Both the position numbers and the translations under genes were made by a program. The notes beneath the pieces were generated by a model. The model was not told the origin of the DNA, did no database searches, and was given only the letters and a program-made list of their open reading frames with translations. A stretch of DNA of 64,000 nucleotides from positions 10,826,035 through 10,890,034 of the forward strand of contig NC_081369.1 of assembly GCF_030684315.1 (NCBI RefSeq). The letters run 5' to 3'. Each line of letters starts with the position of its first letter. Positions within the stretch are counted from its first letter, which is position 1. This DNA comes from Stegostoma tigrinum. Lineage: Eukaryota. Below are positions 63,921-64,000 of the stretch, in pieces.

Positions 63921-64000
63921 GACCTGATGGTGTTATAATCACCATTTTCCTGCCCCTTTCAGTTCTGAAGAAGTTGTAACAGCTTCAGAATATTGACCCC

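Noticed and set aside
1-64000. CRISPR arrays, operons or other prokaryotic systems; most short ORFs in the track
   Set aside because: This is spliced eukaryotic DNA with no regularly spaced repeat-spacer array. The short ORFs are retroelement debris or chance frames.

Overview
AT-rich, repeat-dense vertebrate genomic DNA. The repeat inventory (HE1/V-SINEs, CR1 LINEs, Penelope-type pseudo-LTRs, Mag-clade Gypsy) suggests a cartilaginous fish, probably a shark (inference). Genes: (1) first coding exon of CSNK2A2 on the minus strand (9726-9829); the rest of the gene lies left of the window. (2) A complete 9-exon CCDC113/CFAP263 gene on the plus strand (17625-43861, 384 aa, all GT-AG, frame-consistent), head-to-head with CSNK2A2, with an RFX X-box plus forkhead promoter. 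(3) An unidentified CpG island at ~46.9-47.5 kb with two X-boxes and a basic ORF/exon, probably the start of another ciliary gene. The most notable non-genic signal is about a dozen short Penelope-derived insertions. Many are palindromic, several have 10-14 bp target-site duplications, and most carry decayed minimal hammerhead-ribozyme cores (CUGANGA-stem II-GAAAC-GUC). Also present: an RT-less Gypsy element, an inverted Gypsy pair inside a CCDC113 intron and nested insertions. Repeat boundaries are approximate and were read by eye.
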